Positions 49,120 through 61,055 of a stretch of DNA of 64,000 nt are shown here, piece after piece. The stretch covers positions 66,560 through 130,559 of the forward strand of contig NIVC01002906.1 of assembly GCA_002269645.1 (NCBI GenBank), written 5' to 3'. Under the pieces are notes generated by a model. The model worked only from the letters and a program-made list of their open reading frames with translations. It ran no database searches and was not told the DNA's origin. Position numbers and translations under genes: made by a program. The DNA is from Macrostomum lignano (Eukaryota). Position 1 is the stretch's first letter. The number at the start of each line of letters is the position of its first letter.

Positions 49120-51647
49120 CTATTTTGCTGCCGCGGCGGGCGCCGCCGGAGTCGCTGACGGAGTAACGCCCCGGGCCATTTGGTCCTGCACCGCGCGCAC
49201 CACCTCCTCCATGTCCATCAAGTGGTCGCGGATTTTCTCCATCTTCTCTGGCCAGTCCAGGCTCTGCAAATGAGGATCGTGCCGCTTCAAGCAGCGCGTG
49301 GCCACGTTGTCGATGGCCCGGAGGGTCATGCCGTAGGCCTCGCTGCGGTCGCGGATCCGCTGGATAACATAGGACACCTGCTGCTCGTGCTGCTCCTGGG
49401 TGCCCTTCTGCCGCTCTGTGGCCTCGTGCAGCTCAGCCAGCTGTGAATTCTTTGACAGCACGTCCCTGGCGTGGTCGGCCTTCAGGCGGGACTCGCGATC
49501 GCGGGTTTCCTGGATCTGCTCCTGCACGGAGGACATCTGGGCGTAGAGACGGTTAAACGTGTCCTCCAGGGTGTTGTAGCGCATGATCAGGCCGCCGATC
49601 ACGTTGTCGGACACCTGCGATGGGCGCGTGGCGGCGTTGTCGGATTTTAATTCGATTGCCGCGCGTCAAGATCACCCTGGCCTGACAACCCTGAGCCCCT
49701 GATACCTTCACAACCCTGACATCCTGATGACCTCGTGACCCTGATAAAATTGAGGTCTCTATGACTCTGACGCCCAGACGACCGTGGTGATCCTATGAAC
49801 CTGACACCCTGATAAATCTGACACCCTGATGACCCTGACACACTGATGACCCTGACGCCCTGATGACCCTGACACCCTGATGACCCTGACATCCTGATGA
49901 CCCTGACACCCTGATGACCTTGACACCCTGATGACCCTGACACCCTGATGACCCTGACACCCTGATGACCCTGACACACTGATGACCGTGACTCCTTGAT
50001 AACCCTGACACCCTGATGACCCTGACACACTGATGACCCTGACACCCTGATGACCCTGACACCCTGATGACCCTGACACCCTCATCACCCTGACACCCTG
50101 ATGACCCTGACACCCTGACACCCTGATGACCCTGACATCCTGACACCCTGATGACCCTGACACCCTGATGACCCGACCCTAACACCCCGAAAACGCTAAC
50201 AATCTCCAGATCGCCCCAGAAGATTAATGGAATTCCCGACACTCAAAATAGCTCCTTTTGTGACTTCCAACGACCCTTGAAATCCTTAATAAATCCAAAG
50301 TCTGACACTGAACTATGACCTTAGCGCTTCGAGTATAGTCAGAGCATTGAACAGAGAATCCAGTGTATTGATGAGCGATTGCCATCATCCCTAAGGCCTG
50401 CACCAACCTTGATATAATCTGGCGGCAGAATATCCACCACGCTAGTCATGTAGGTCTCAAATTTTCGGTACGCCTGCACTTTAGCGCTGAGCACGGCCTG
50501 CTTCCGCCGCAGCAAAGCCAGGTAAGACTGCAGCTCCTCCTCTTCGCGCTCTTTGAATGCGCGCAGGCGCGACTCCGTCTGGTAGCGCTGGATGGCTCGG
50601 CGCCGCTTGGCCTCGTTCTCCTGGATGAACTTCTCGAACTTGCCCACTCGGTCTTTCATGGCCTGCTGCTTCTCGGCCAGCACGATCTGCGGTTCGGGGG
50701 TTCGGCCACTTGCTGATAAATTTTTATCTCAGTTCTTTATCTACCTCTCATCCTGCTTACTATCTACCTCTCACCCTCTGCCTATTGATTTATATCTACC
50801 TCTCACCCTCTCCCTATTGCTTTATATCTACCTCTCACCCTCTCCCTATTGCTTTATATTCACCTCTCACCCTCTCCCTATTGCTTTATATCTACCTCTC
50901 ACCCTCTCCCTATTGCTTTATATCTACCTCTCACCCTCTCCCTATTGCTTTATACCTACCTCTCACCCTCTCCCTATTGCTTTATATCTACCTCTCACCC
51001 CTCCTTCCTGCGTTGTATCAACCTCTAACCCTCTTCCTTCTGGTTTCTAGGTGTGTCTGTTGTGTCTGCCTCTCATCAGCTCCCTTTTACCATCTCTCTC
51101 ATTCCCTACGAGTATCTCTGCATTCTTACCCCCATTTCTACTTATACCGCGCCTCTTCTCACTCTCTCTCTTTTACCCTCTGCACACACTCTCTCTCCAT
51201 CTGCTAAAATCTTCCAGAATTCACTGCTTCCACAGCGAGTTTGTCGCCATTATTTGAGTAAGCTATTTTGCAACCGCAAACCTTTTTGCTCTCGCACTCT
51301 CGCATTCGATCTTGAAACTCGCGTCGCTTCTGCAGCAGATCGCTATCGATTTTGCTCAGCTCGGCCTCCTTCTTCAGCACTAGCGTCTTCTGCAGCGTGT
51401 TCACCCCGGTGTCCAGGAGCCGCGCCCCGGTCTCCGACACCACGGGGACCTCGCGGACGAGGTCCTCCTCCTCGGCCTGGTTGAGCTGGGTGACGAACAC
51501 ATTTCGTTGATGAGGCCCCAGCTCGAGTCGGGCCGAGGCCGGGTCCGGCAGCTTCGACTCCTCGGCTTGGCTGTCTTCTGTTGCTGTCGCCTGAGAAATG
51601 GTTGGTCTTGTGTGTAAGCTGGAGGCCTGCCCGGATTGCTTAGCCAT
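49120..51647 (-). CDS. Coiled-coil DUF4200-type protein of the CCDC42/CFAP73/CCDC197 family, about 379 aa; exons 51647-51282, 50686-50408, 49614-49120
   Basis: Phase-0 GT-AG junctions. Motifs are RNVFVTQL, KTLVLKKEAEL, KFEKFIQENEAKRRRA, YRKFETYMTSVVDILP and AIDNVATRC. The exact paralog cannot be assigned. Confidence 0.8.
49690..50175. repeat. 17-bp minisatellite (TGACACCCTGATGACCC) in intron 2 of the CCDC42-family gene
   Basis: Direct reading. Confidence 0.9.
50738..51002. repeat. 32-bp minisatellite (TATCTACCTCTCACCCTCTCCCTATTGCTTTA), about 8 copies, in intron 1 of the CCDC42-family gene
   Basis: Direct reading. Confidence 0.9.
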
Positions 51648-54464
51648 GGCATTGTGACAGTGCACATTAACAGTTGAAATTCGTGAATAAAAATTTGTAT
51701 AAACAAAATTGTGATATTAATTTTAATGGTGATTGTGAGTGTCTTTTCATAATTCTTTTTTGATTGATATACAAAAGTCAGTGGCGCAAGCAGAGAGGAG
51801 TGTGATGGGCCTGTATTTTTCCTAACACTTTTCGGATTTCCTACGAAGGTAAGGCGACCTCTCCTCTGGTTGTGCGACAGTCAATAGTCAGCAAATATCA
51901 ATTAGTATGCATGTGAGAGCATATGGCTCGTAAAACTAGATAAAAATTATTTTGCACTTTTTGTTTGTGAAGTACAACTTTCTTTTACAAGCATTTGTGA
52001 ATTTTCGTTAAGAAGGATAATTATTTGATAGCAGTAAATGGAAGAAAATGATGGGTATGAACCAAGACACGTACAATTTCATATTTGCATTCGAAACAGT
52101 TGAAAACGCTGAAAAAGAATATAACAAAAATTATCTATATTATGAAAGCCTAAGGACATACATGCAAACAAAAAAGTTACAATTATCTCTTCAAATGCAA
52201 TTTAAAAGCTGCTCATAGAGACATAATGCTTAACTTTATTTTGAAGTGGTAAAATTCAGAATTTGTAGAAACAGCCTTGAGAACCAAATAAGATAATTAG
52301 ATATAATATCAACTAATTTGTAAAGTCAGCATTGTCTAGATATATTGATTTTTTGAATCAAAATATAAGTTATTATATATAGAATAAATAAAGAAACAAA
52401 GCAAAATAATCAGTAAATCTAAATCTACTTAAAAAATAAGATAAATAACTCTAAACAGCCAACAGATTTGATGTACTCGTACTCATACTTCATAAGCTAC
52501 ATAGTAAATATAGTATGTAAATTAGAGTTGATTGTCTCAGTGAGCTGGCTCTAGTATTCACTCTAGTGATACTAGAGTGAGCTGGCTCTAGTACAGTAAT
52601 TGAAACATATACAAATTCACGAGCATTATCGTCATTTGCACTCTATTTACCGAACGGAAGTGTATGATTGCCCAGTATTTTTCTATTATCTAAAGTAACG
52701 TGTATTTATTCATTCATATGCAAGTGGCTGGAAATTGAAGGTCTTCAAAAATGTCTTATATAAGGGTGAAATGATTGTTTCTTTCCTTAAATAGTAAAAA
52801 TGAAATACAGTACAGTAGAACATACTTTTGGGTCTGCTTTGTTCCCAAATGTATGCTTTTAATGAAACAAAAACGAAATATTTTACACTATCATTGTAAT
52901 CCCCAGGTAAAAATCTTCTAAATGAATTTCCAATTAAATGTGACAAAGTGAGTCCGTATTCATGATCAAATACCCTATTGGAGTTTGATCGATACTTCTT
53001 TTAAATTGGGCGACATGGTCCCTTCAGAAAATTGTTTAAGTTGTAGAACATTAAAAGCTCCTGTGAGTCGACAACAACTGTGCTGGTCTAGAGTAAAAAA
53101 GCAAGTTTAAAAAAATAACATTTTTTTAATGTATTTAAATAACTTTTATTTTTATTTATTCTTAAAGCAAAGTTTTTATCGTAGACAGTTTTTGTTTTAA
53201 ACTCTACAACTACAATCCGGCGTTAGTTCGTAGCTTCGGGCTACGAATCGTATCAAGGTTTTAGATCCTAGATCTTGGACTAATTTTTCTCCTAAAAGCA
53301 AAGAGAGCACGATACTCAAAAGAGTAATTTAATAACCCTGAAAAATTTGGATGGGACTGCTTCATTTTCTTATCGGAAATTTCAAAAGTCGGATGCCTCT
53401 ATATCCGATACAAAAAAGAAATGGCACATTTTTGGTTGAATTTGGCGACATCATGTGGCAAGATAAATATAAACTAATAGACTAATTCAAAAAAGATTTT
53501 AAATCAACGAGGAATTAAAAAAGACAGGTGATAATGCCTACAGCAAAATAGAATTTATGACTGGCAAAGTTCAAAATTAAATTCAAATTAAAAAATACTT
53601 TCACAAAGCTAAAAAACCGCGGCCGATCCCCTTAATCGACATAGTACACTAATTTTTAAAAGGGCCTTGAGTAAGTTGATCGTTCTATGTTCGAGAAAAA
53701 AAGCTTTTTTTTCTACTACGCTTAAATTTTTATGGCTTGGTGCATACTACTAGCTACAACATGTATACTGTAGCTATAGAATAACTATATGATGGGCCAC
53801 TCAGGCATAAACACTTGGCAAAAAACAGCTTCGTACTTTCAGTTCAGTAGCAGTGAAGAATACATAAGCTATTTTATAAGAATAAAGGCAGCTGAGTTGA
53901 CTTTGATAGGTTTAGAAGCCCAAGCTTGCTTTTGGTTCATCCAAAATATAGCCATGTACTGAAGTTTACAAGGCAGATTATTTAGGCTGGAACAACCGAG
54001 GAAAGTAATAAAAATTGGGTGGCGTTGTAGGGGTAGAGGTTCTGTGTAGTTTGAGGGTTTAAGCCTTGGCTTTTAAAATACATTGAAATGCTTCGATCAG
54101 TTTAACTTACTACTGAGCTGAAAAGTAGCTTGCACGCAAATGTGCTTATAGTGGGCCATCTAGTTATTCTAGCTCTCTATTTTCATAAAACGTTTTGCTA
54201 TGTACATATTCCTAATTGGTCAGACGCGCAGCACCATAATAAAAACAATTTTCAAGCTATTAAACTGTTCCATAAAGATAATTGACTTCACCTCCGCGTC
54301 GCAATTATTCATTGGTCCTGAGTAAAAAAGCTTTTTTTCTCGCCTTTCATTGGTTGATCGATGAATGTTTTCACTTCCTTCCTCCCGAAAAAGCCCTGCT
54401 AGATATCTGAGGTTTGCTAGTATGCAACTCTGGCTTTAGTTCTAAGAAATTACAGTCCGCAAAT

Positions 54465-55229
54465 ATGCCGCAGCTGCTGCACCTTCTGCCACTGTACATC
54501 TCGCTGCTGTCACTGCCGACTGTTCGTCACTGCAGCGCACAGACGTGCCGCAACCGCTACTCTCCAATCAACGGCTCCCTGTGCATCCGGCCTGAGTTCA
54601 CTCGCACCATTCCCGAGGTGAGCTCCGAGCAGCCCTGCGCTTTCCTGTGCAGCCGGGAGCCCAGCTGCCAGGCCTTCACCACCGCCGCCGGACCCTGCCA
54701 GCTGTTCGTGTTCGACAGGTGCAGCAAGTCGGTGAGGAACTGCAGCAGCTGCTCCCTCAGAGGTCGCCTGCTCGTCAAGCAGCAGTCGGGTCTCCCGCCC
54801 GGCTCGCTGTGTCCGTCTGACTTCGGCGACGACCGGTGCGGAGTGAAGTACAGACTATACTCTGAGTTGGGTTACTGGGCAGCTCAGAAGCAACGGTGCG
54901 AGTTCGGTGGCGGCCTGGCAATGATGGCGGATGCGGTGGACTTAGCCGAGATGGACTACATCAACCAGCTGTACACCAAGTACAGTCTGAACCTCAATCT
55001 GTTCCTGGACGGCTACCAGCCAGCAGGCAGTGCGGAGCCGCGAGGAGGCTGGGTGTGGAGCACCTGCGGCATCACCGTGAATGAGAGTCTGTGGTACGGC
55101 CATGAGCCCGACAACAACGGCGGTAACGAAGAAGCCCTCGCCAGAGGGTCGTCTACGGGACGGCTTCACGACGTGCGACAGAACACGGACAGGGGCGTCG
55201 TGTGCGAGTGCGTGTCACCCTTTGACTAG
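54465..55229 (+). CDS. Intronless secreted protein, 254 aa: signal peptide, PAN/apple-like domain, C-type lectin domain
   Basis: Hydrophobic leader LLHLLPLYISLLSL. CAFLCSREPSCQAF...CQL is PAN-like. W..QKQRC, LA, FLDG, WVWS, W..HEPDN, LHD and VVCE are CTLD motifs. Confidence 0.85.
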   Translation: MPQLLHLLPLYISLLSLPTVRHCSAQTCRNRYSPINGSLCIRPEFTRTIPEVSSEQPCAFLCSREPSCQAFTTAAGPCQLFVFDRCSKSVRNCSSCSLRGRLLVKQQSGLPPGSLCPSDFGDDRCGVKYRLYSELGYWAAQKQRCEFGGGLAMMADAVDLAEMDYINQLYTKYSLNLNLFLDGYQPAGSAEPRGGWVWSTCGITVNESLWYGHEPDNNGGNEEALARGSSTGRLHDVRQNTDRGVVCECVSPFD

Positions 55230-57281
55230 ACATTGATATCGCCGTTTTGGCATTCGATAGATTTCTTGACCGCTTGTTCTTCAGAGTCCCAAAGCTTTGT
55301 CTTAAGGCTTTAAATCAGATAGTTTTTGGCGGTGTCGCACTTACAAAAACTGCATCTGCCAGGGGAAAAAGACTTTGGATTTGATGCTTTGATTCCCACC
55401 GCCATCAAATGCATGTAATTTTTGAGGAATCGCACGATTTGTGTATTATTTTCGTCGCTTTGTACACCAGTCATGTGATAAAATGACTCGTGAAGAGGCT
55501 TTTGATTGTTAATTTGAGTATGGACCCAGGAAGTCTTACTCAAGTGCTTGATCTTGTGCGCGCTATAAACTGCCAGCATTCCGCATGTAAGACTCGTACG
55601 TCTTTAGTGCTTGCAAATATCGCTCTGACCCACCGACTGGACCACTACGATTACGCAACACCGAACTGCATGTTGACTGAATTGAAAAAATGGGCTCTCT
55701 ACGCTACAATACACAATCAGCTGTTGCATCATACCGATACTGCTTTGTTCACTGGCCTAGCAAAAAATTCAGCGACAAAGTCGAATCCACATGGCGACAG
55801 CAAATATTGAGAATGCGGGAGCAGCAATGTGACTTTTCTATTTTTGTGGAAAATGTAGCCAGAAATTCACAATTGAAGGAAGGCCTGCATTAACGTGTAG
55901 CGAATTGAGCAGATGCAATTTCTGTCTGCGGAAGCTTCATATCGCATAGACCGGTACCCCGTTCTAGAGACTATCGGTTGGCTGCAGGTTACTAGCTAAT
56001 CTATCTGTGCTAATGCACGAGCATTGTAATGCTATTTAAACAAAGGATCGATAGATCGTTTCATCGTGAAGGCTGTTTCAGACTGGTTTGTTTTTAGCCT
56101 AACTGCAGCTATATATGTAGGCTCGTAAAATCAGCCGATCTTCCGTTGCTGAGCATGAAATCTAGTTGGTCTGGATCGATTTCCAGAGTAGACTTGACAT
56201 CATGGGTTTTTTTTAGAGGCAGGGGGGTTGTGTGCACCCTGGCGCACTTTAAGCGACATTAAGCACACAACCGGCGAGAGGCATTACTGCCCATTCCGAC
56301 GACTCCCCTGAGCAGGCATACAAGTGCGCGGATACGTACGCAGGCACACACGCACACAGGAGTGTACAGCGGCCCTAACTTATATTATGAGTTCCCACTC
56401 CTTTTCCAAGGAGAGAGCGTGCAAAAATGACGAAGTAGAAGAGAATGTGACGTTATTATACGCATGGGTGCATTCTGATGCGAACAATGGGCGGGTTGCG
56501 CAAGGGATCAGGCGGGGGAGAGAGACGGGCAATCATGCGTGACTGTTTTATAATTTCAGGCATCGACCACTTGAGTTCAGAATTTAAACTCGGAACCGTT
56601 AAATAGAAAATTGTATCTTTTGTAACCTAAAAGCAAAAATGATGAAGTGAATTAACATTTTGTGATGCACATGGCGAACAAGTCAAAACTGCAACTGCGA
56701 TTTAAGTGTCAGACCACATGTGTGTGCTCAATCAGATGTTTTCACCGGCCAAGCAGCGGGCAGAAAGCAGTAAACTCTTGGCAACCGCGATGACATCCAC
56801 TGTCTGGTAAACTCTCAAGCTCGATTTGCACGGCTGGCATGACTTGTCTGAATTTAACTGGCTCTGTGTCTTAAACTCAATGCTCTGTCTGCGCCTGGGC
56901 TACAGACAGACCATAGAAGGTGTTTTGACCATAGACAAAAGTAGAAGCATTGGTTGAATATCATTGGCAGTGTCTTAAAATGAATACTTGAATTCTTAAA
57001 TAAAATTAAATATTCTATAATGAGTATAGACGTGAGAGTGCATGGCTAACAGAGTTCGAGGGAAGCTACACCTTTTTCCATTCATTCTATTTTGGCAAAA
57101 CGTCAATCAAAGTCGAAATCTTTTCATTCAGACAGTTTATGGTAGTTCTTGGCCGGACGTGCATTCAATTCCGACAAATGTACTTTCAAAAGCGACAATT
57201 TTCAATCAAAGCAAACAAGCTACCACGAGAAACCGACACTTTGCAATCAATTCTGACAGTTGGCTATAAATTGGCTTTTTC

Positions 57282-57791
57282 TGTCCTCCTATCTATGGCT
57301 CATACTGCGAAATGTCCAATCAATTCCGACAAATTTCAATCTATTTAGACAAGCTACTTTTTACTTTGGGTGGGGCCAGGGCTAAATGCCATAGACACAT
57401 CATGGAGAGAAACTTGGAGATTCGGAACACCCATAGATTTAACCTTGCACCAAAGCAGCATATCGGCGTGATATGCTTGAGTGAGTAACGAATAGTACTG
57501 TAAACGTCGTCACCGGAGCCAACTGCACGGCTTAGTACAACCATTGTCTGACTTATGTACCGCGCTGCTTTGCGGAAGTGCCGATTGATGGCTAAAATCT
57601 GACTGCTGAATCTTTATGAACCTCATGAACTCTGCTGACTGCTTCAGTTTTAGTTGTCCTGTTGCATTTTGAAGTATACTGTAAATGTACAGTACATGTA
57701 GTATGTACTCCAATGGCTTGTCTAAATAGATTGAAATTTGTCGGAATTGATTAAAAATTTCGCAGTATGCGCCATAGATAGGAGGACATGA
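57282..57791. mobile_element. MITE-like element with a 73-bp inverted repeat, right end interrupted by the LTR insertion
   Basis: 57282-57354 versus 57716-57788 are reverse complements with 4 mismatches. The inverted match stops 3 bp before TGTAACC. Confidence 0.7.
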
Positions 57792-59996
57792 TGTAACCGC
57801 CCTTGTCGCCTGTCCGCTCCGTAGAGAGACGAACGCATGGCTAGAGGGGGCAATGACCGTAGGCTGCCTATGACCGGGCAATGACCTGACGGACCTCCAG
57901 CACCAGACTGTCCCGCCCACATGATTAGTAGCTTTGGTAGCGCTTCGTGACCAGAGGGCCAAGGACCCACATGGACCCCACCTGTAGCTAAGGTGCAATA
58001 GTTGGTCACTCGGTCATAGTATGACCGAGCGGCTGCCACCACTCTATGTGACCTGGCGCACCCGGATCTTTCTACCAGACCTCTCGAGGCTAGAGCCCCG
58101 CCTGGATTGGTTACCAGGGGATTTAGGCTAACAGGGGAGACGCATGCAGCCGAGTACAGGGACTCTGCTTGGGGCATGATCGGGAACTCTGGGCTCAATC
58201 CTGGAGGATTTCTCAGCAGGGGATCCTTGGTGGCTGTGAGCGAGGCTGACTTGCGACTTTGATTACTAAGAGTAGTATGAGGCGAACATGTACTGTCTAC
58301 AGTTTAGATTGCTCAGGGCGAAGGGACGCGTTAGCATGGGGTTGCAACCTTCCTACTGCCATGCTGTGCCAAGACTCGCTAATCCCTCTACTGCACGCAC
58401 ACGCGGCCCCGCAGCACGCACTCACAGGCGGGCTTTGCACGGGGAGAGGCCATTAGCTTACCCAAACTTCCTTATGCTTTGCCACCCGGGAGAAAGGCTT
58501 AGCAAGCCATGAGTGAAATGATGGTGAAAGATTGAATAATGATGAAGTTAGTTAATAGTTAATAATTAGGCCCTTAGGCAAATAAGTAGGCAATTAGGCG
58601 GCTTCACTATTGAGTAAAATACAGCAAAAGATACGGTATCACAAATGGCTCAGCTCTCTAATCAGACAATGGAAAATAGGCAAACCCGGATAAGCAAAGG
58701 CAATTAGAGCACAAATTAGTAGCAGGAACTTACCGGCAGCTGCACAGAGAGAGAGAGAGGCGGAGTGACCGAGGGCGGCTGTAGGCTGCAGTCAGGCAGA
58801 CGGTGAAGCGGCGATGCGCTGGAGCGACGAGGCGCTGATGTAGATCAGGCGATGCTGATGATGCGGGGCGGTATCAGACCGCTGGCCGATAGGCGAGCTC
58901 ACTTGGGGAGCTAAGGATAACTTGGCGGTAACAGACCGCGGGCCGGCAGGGATTCGTCTTATAGACGAATGGGTCAGAACTCAATCTGACAGCAAGTCCA
59001 AAGAAGAGAGGAGGAGAGGAACAGAGATAAACTCAGTTGAGTATTCTCATGCCGAAATCGCTTCCTTTTATAGACCTCACAGCCGCCTCCTCAAGGTCGT
59101 TACCATGGCTCCCTCTCTCTGATTGGCTGCCGGCAGAATGACGTCAGAATGAGTCATGATGAGAAGCATGAGACCGGCATAGCAACATGAGAAATCGGGA
59201 AATTGCGCAATCCGGAGGTGGGGTGGGGGGATAATTGGCGCAGCGGGTGGTCGCGAAAGTGTTGCGCAAGCACATTGAGAACAATAGGGCTGGGGTCGAG
59301 AACAAAGGAATTGGAAATCGGGATAATTGGGGAAAACTGAGAACAATGGAAAAGTAAACATTGGAGAAAAGGTGATAATTAGGTGCGAAAACGAGAACAA
59401 AAGAAAGAGAAAATCGGAGAAAATGTGATAATTGGTGGGGGTCGAGAGAACAAAAGAAGCAAAAACGAGAACAATAGAAGCGGAGGTGGGGTGGGTGTCA
59501 CATGAGAAATTTGGGAAGGAGAACAATAGCGTGAGAAAAGGTTGCGCAAGAGAGGGGATGAGTCATCGATGAGTCACCGAGGGGAGAAGGGGTCACACGA
59601 CTTGCGTCACCGTTTGGGAGTTTGAGAGGGGATGGGGAGACGGTGAGCACACAAAGTACTGTAAGTAGACACAGGGAAAGAGGGGACAGCGCAGGAAAAG
59701 AGTGCAGAGGGAGACAAAAAAAGGAGGAGGTAGAGAAAGTACAGGAAGAATAGGGCGGGAACAGAAGAGATAGGGTAGAGGGGGAGGTACAGAAAGGGGT
59801 AGGGGCTCCGGAAAGGCAGGTGTGGCGGCAGGAGAGACGGGACCAAGGCAGCAGGAGAGGTGCAGCAGAGCGGGAGTCTCCAGGCCCGGTCGGAGACCTG
59901 GCCGAGTCTCGACAGCTCTGTGCAGAGGGTGCACGGGATAGGAGGCACTTTCGAAAAAGTTCCCATGCCCTATCCCGCGACCAGAGCGTGGTTACA
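57792..59996 (-). mobile_element. 2.2-kb LTR, probably the 3' LTR of a minus-strand LTR retrotransposon
   Basis: TGTAACC...GGTTACA inverted termini. The flanks differ (CATGA versus TCACA), so it is not a solo LTR. There is a purine tract immediately inside on the minus strand and a minus-strand TATAAAAG at 59072-59065. Confidence 0.72.
59030..59600 (-). promoter_or_regulatory. LTR U3 promoter/enhancer: TATA, CCAAT, CRE, AP-1, C/EBP-type and repeated GAGAACAA motifs
   Basis: TATAAAAG 59072-59065, GATTGG 59121, TGACGTCA 59139, TGAGTCA 59150/59559/59570, TTGCGCAA 59203/59262/59542. Confidence 0.6.
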
Positions 59997-60015
59997 TCAC
60001 ACCCCACTGCCTTTT
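59997..60015 (-). other. Putative polypurine tract (AAAAGGCAGTGGGGTGTGA) abutting the LTR
   Basis: Reverse complement of 59997-60015, directly 5' of TGTAACC on the minus strand. Confidence 0.6.
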
Positions 60016-61055
60016 GTGACGGAACTGGTTCCGTCATCATCACTGCCCAACATGGAACCACACAGACGGGAGCGGGATCTCAACCGAACGTGAAATCACA
60101 GAATTAACAAACCGCGAGCGGGAATGGAAAAAGGCGATAAAATAGAGGGGATAGCAATAAATTCACAAACGAGATACATAGGTTGGAGTGCAATACAGAA
60201 TTTCAAAAATTTCAACTGTTGCTGTGGCTAAAGTGGGAGGGGGGAAACACAGACAGCGCAATAGTAGGGAGAAAAATAGCGAATTGTCAACAATAAATTA
60301 TCATAATTGGATAGAAGCGCAGCTGGGAAAGAGAGGAAACGGGGAAGGGTGAGGGAAGTGGGGAAAAAGAAGGGGGAAGGGTTGCTAGCACACAGCCAAG
60401 GGCAGAGCCTCGGGGAGAATGACGATTACACAGGGGAAAAATACTAATGCAGCGCAGTAAATTAATAAGCTAATTTCGCCGGGAGTTCAACCGCACGGAG
60501 GCCTAGCGTCCTTGAAGGCTCGGACCCCGCTTCAGCCAGTCAGAGGGCTTCGGGGCGATCGGTTGTAGGCTGGGAGGCGCCGCGCCGTGCGCTGGCCACT
60601 GTATAAAAGGCGCCACTGATAACGGGAGCCGGCTGCCTGCAACCTACACGGAGTCGCAGTTTCCAACCAAGGCACTCAGCGCGATTTTCCAAACTATACA
60701 ACTACTCGGTAAGTCCCATCACCAACCTGATTTCCTTTCGCCTATACGTTAAACGAAATCTACCCACTCGCCATGCCTTTCGTTTTAAACTGAGCAATTG
60801 CAGTAATAATATATGGCCTTTCTTACGGTAAAAGTAGTGAGCAGCCAACACAGAGCCATTTTTAGGAATTTTTAGAATAATGACACAACAATGACTCGTA
60901 TATTGGTTATTAAAGTTTAAAAATGAATATTATGGAAGAACCGAATATTAATAGGATAATTTCACACACACACACACGACAAACACACAACGCAAGGGGG
61001 CGGAAAGGCGGGTCGGACCGGCCGGCGGACGTCGCTCAGCAGGCAGTCAGCATCC

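Noticed and set aside
51634-51652. RFX X-box at the CCDC42-family start (ATTGCTTAGCCATGGCA)
   Set aside because: It is only a partial match to GTNRCC-N-RGYAAC and overlaps the ATG, which is too degenerate to call.
53228-53250. 8-bp-stem hairpin TTCGTAGC-TTCGG-GCTACGAA as a Helitron end or terminator
   Set aside because: No adjacent CTRR terminus or matching 5' TC end was identified. Intrinsic terminators do not apply to this eukaryotic context.
55490-55893. Two overlapping ORFs downstream of the lectin
   Set aside because: No domain or splice support was found and the codon bias is weak. They cannot be distinguished from chance or decayed TE.
57792-59996. Solo LTR interpretation
   Set aside because: The flanks do not form a TSD and a PPT-like tract adjoins one side, which favours a 3' LTR with the interior attached.
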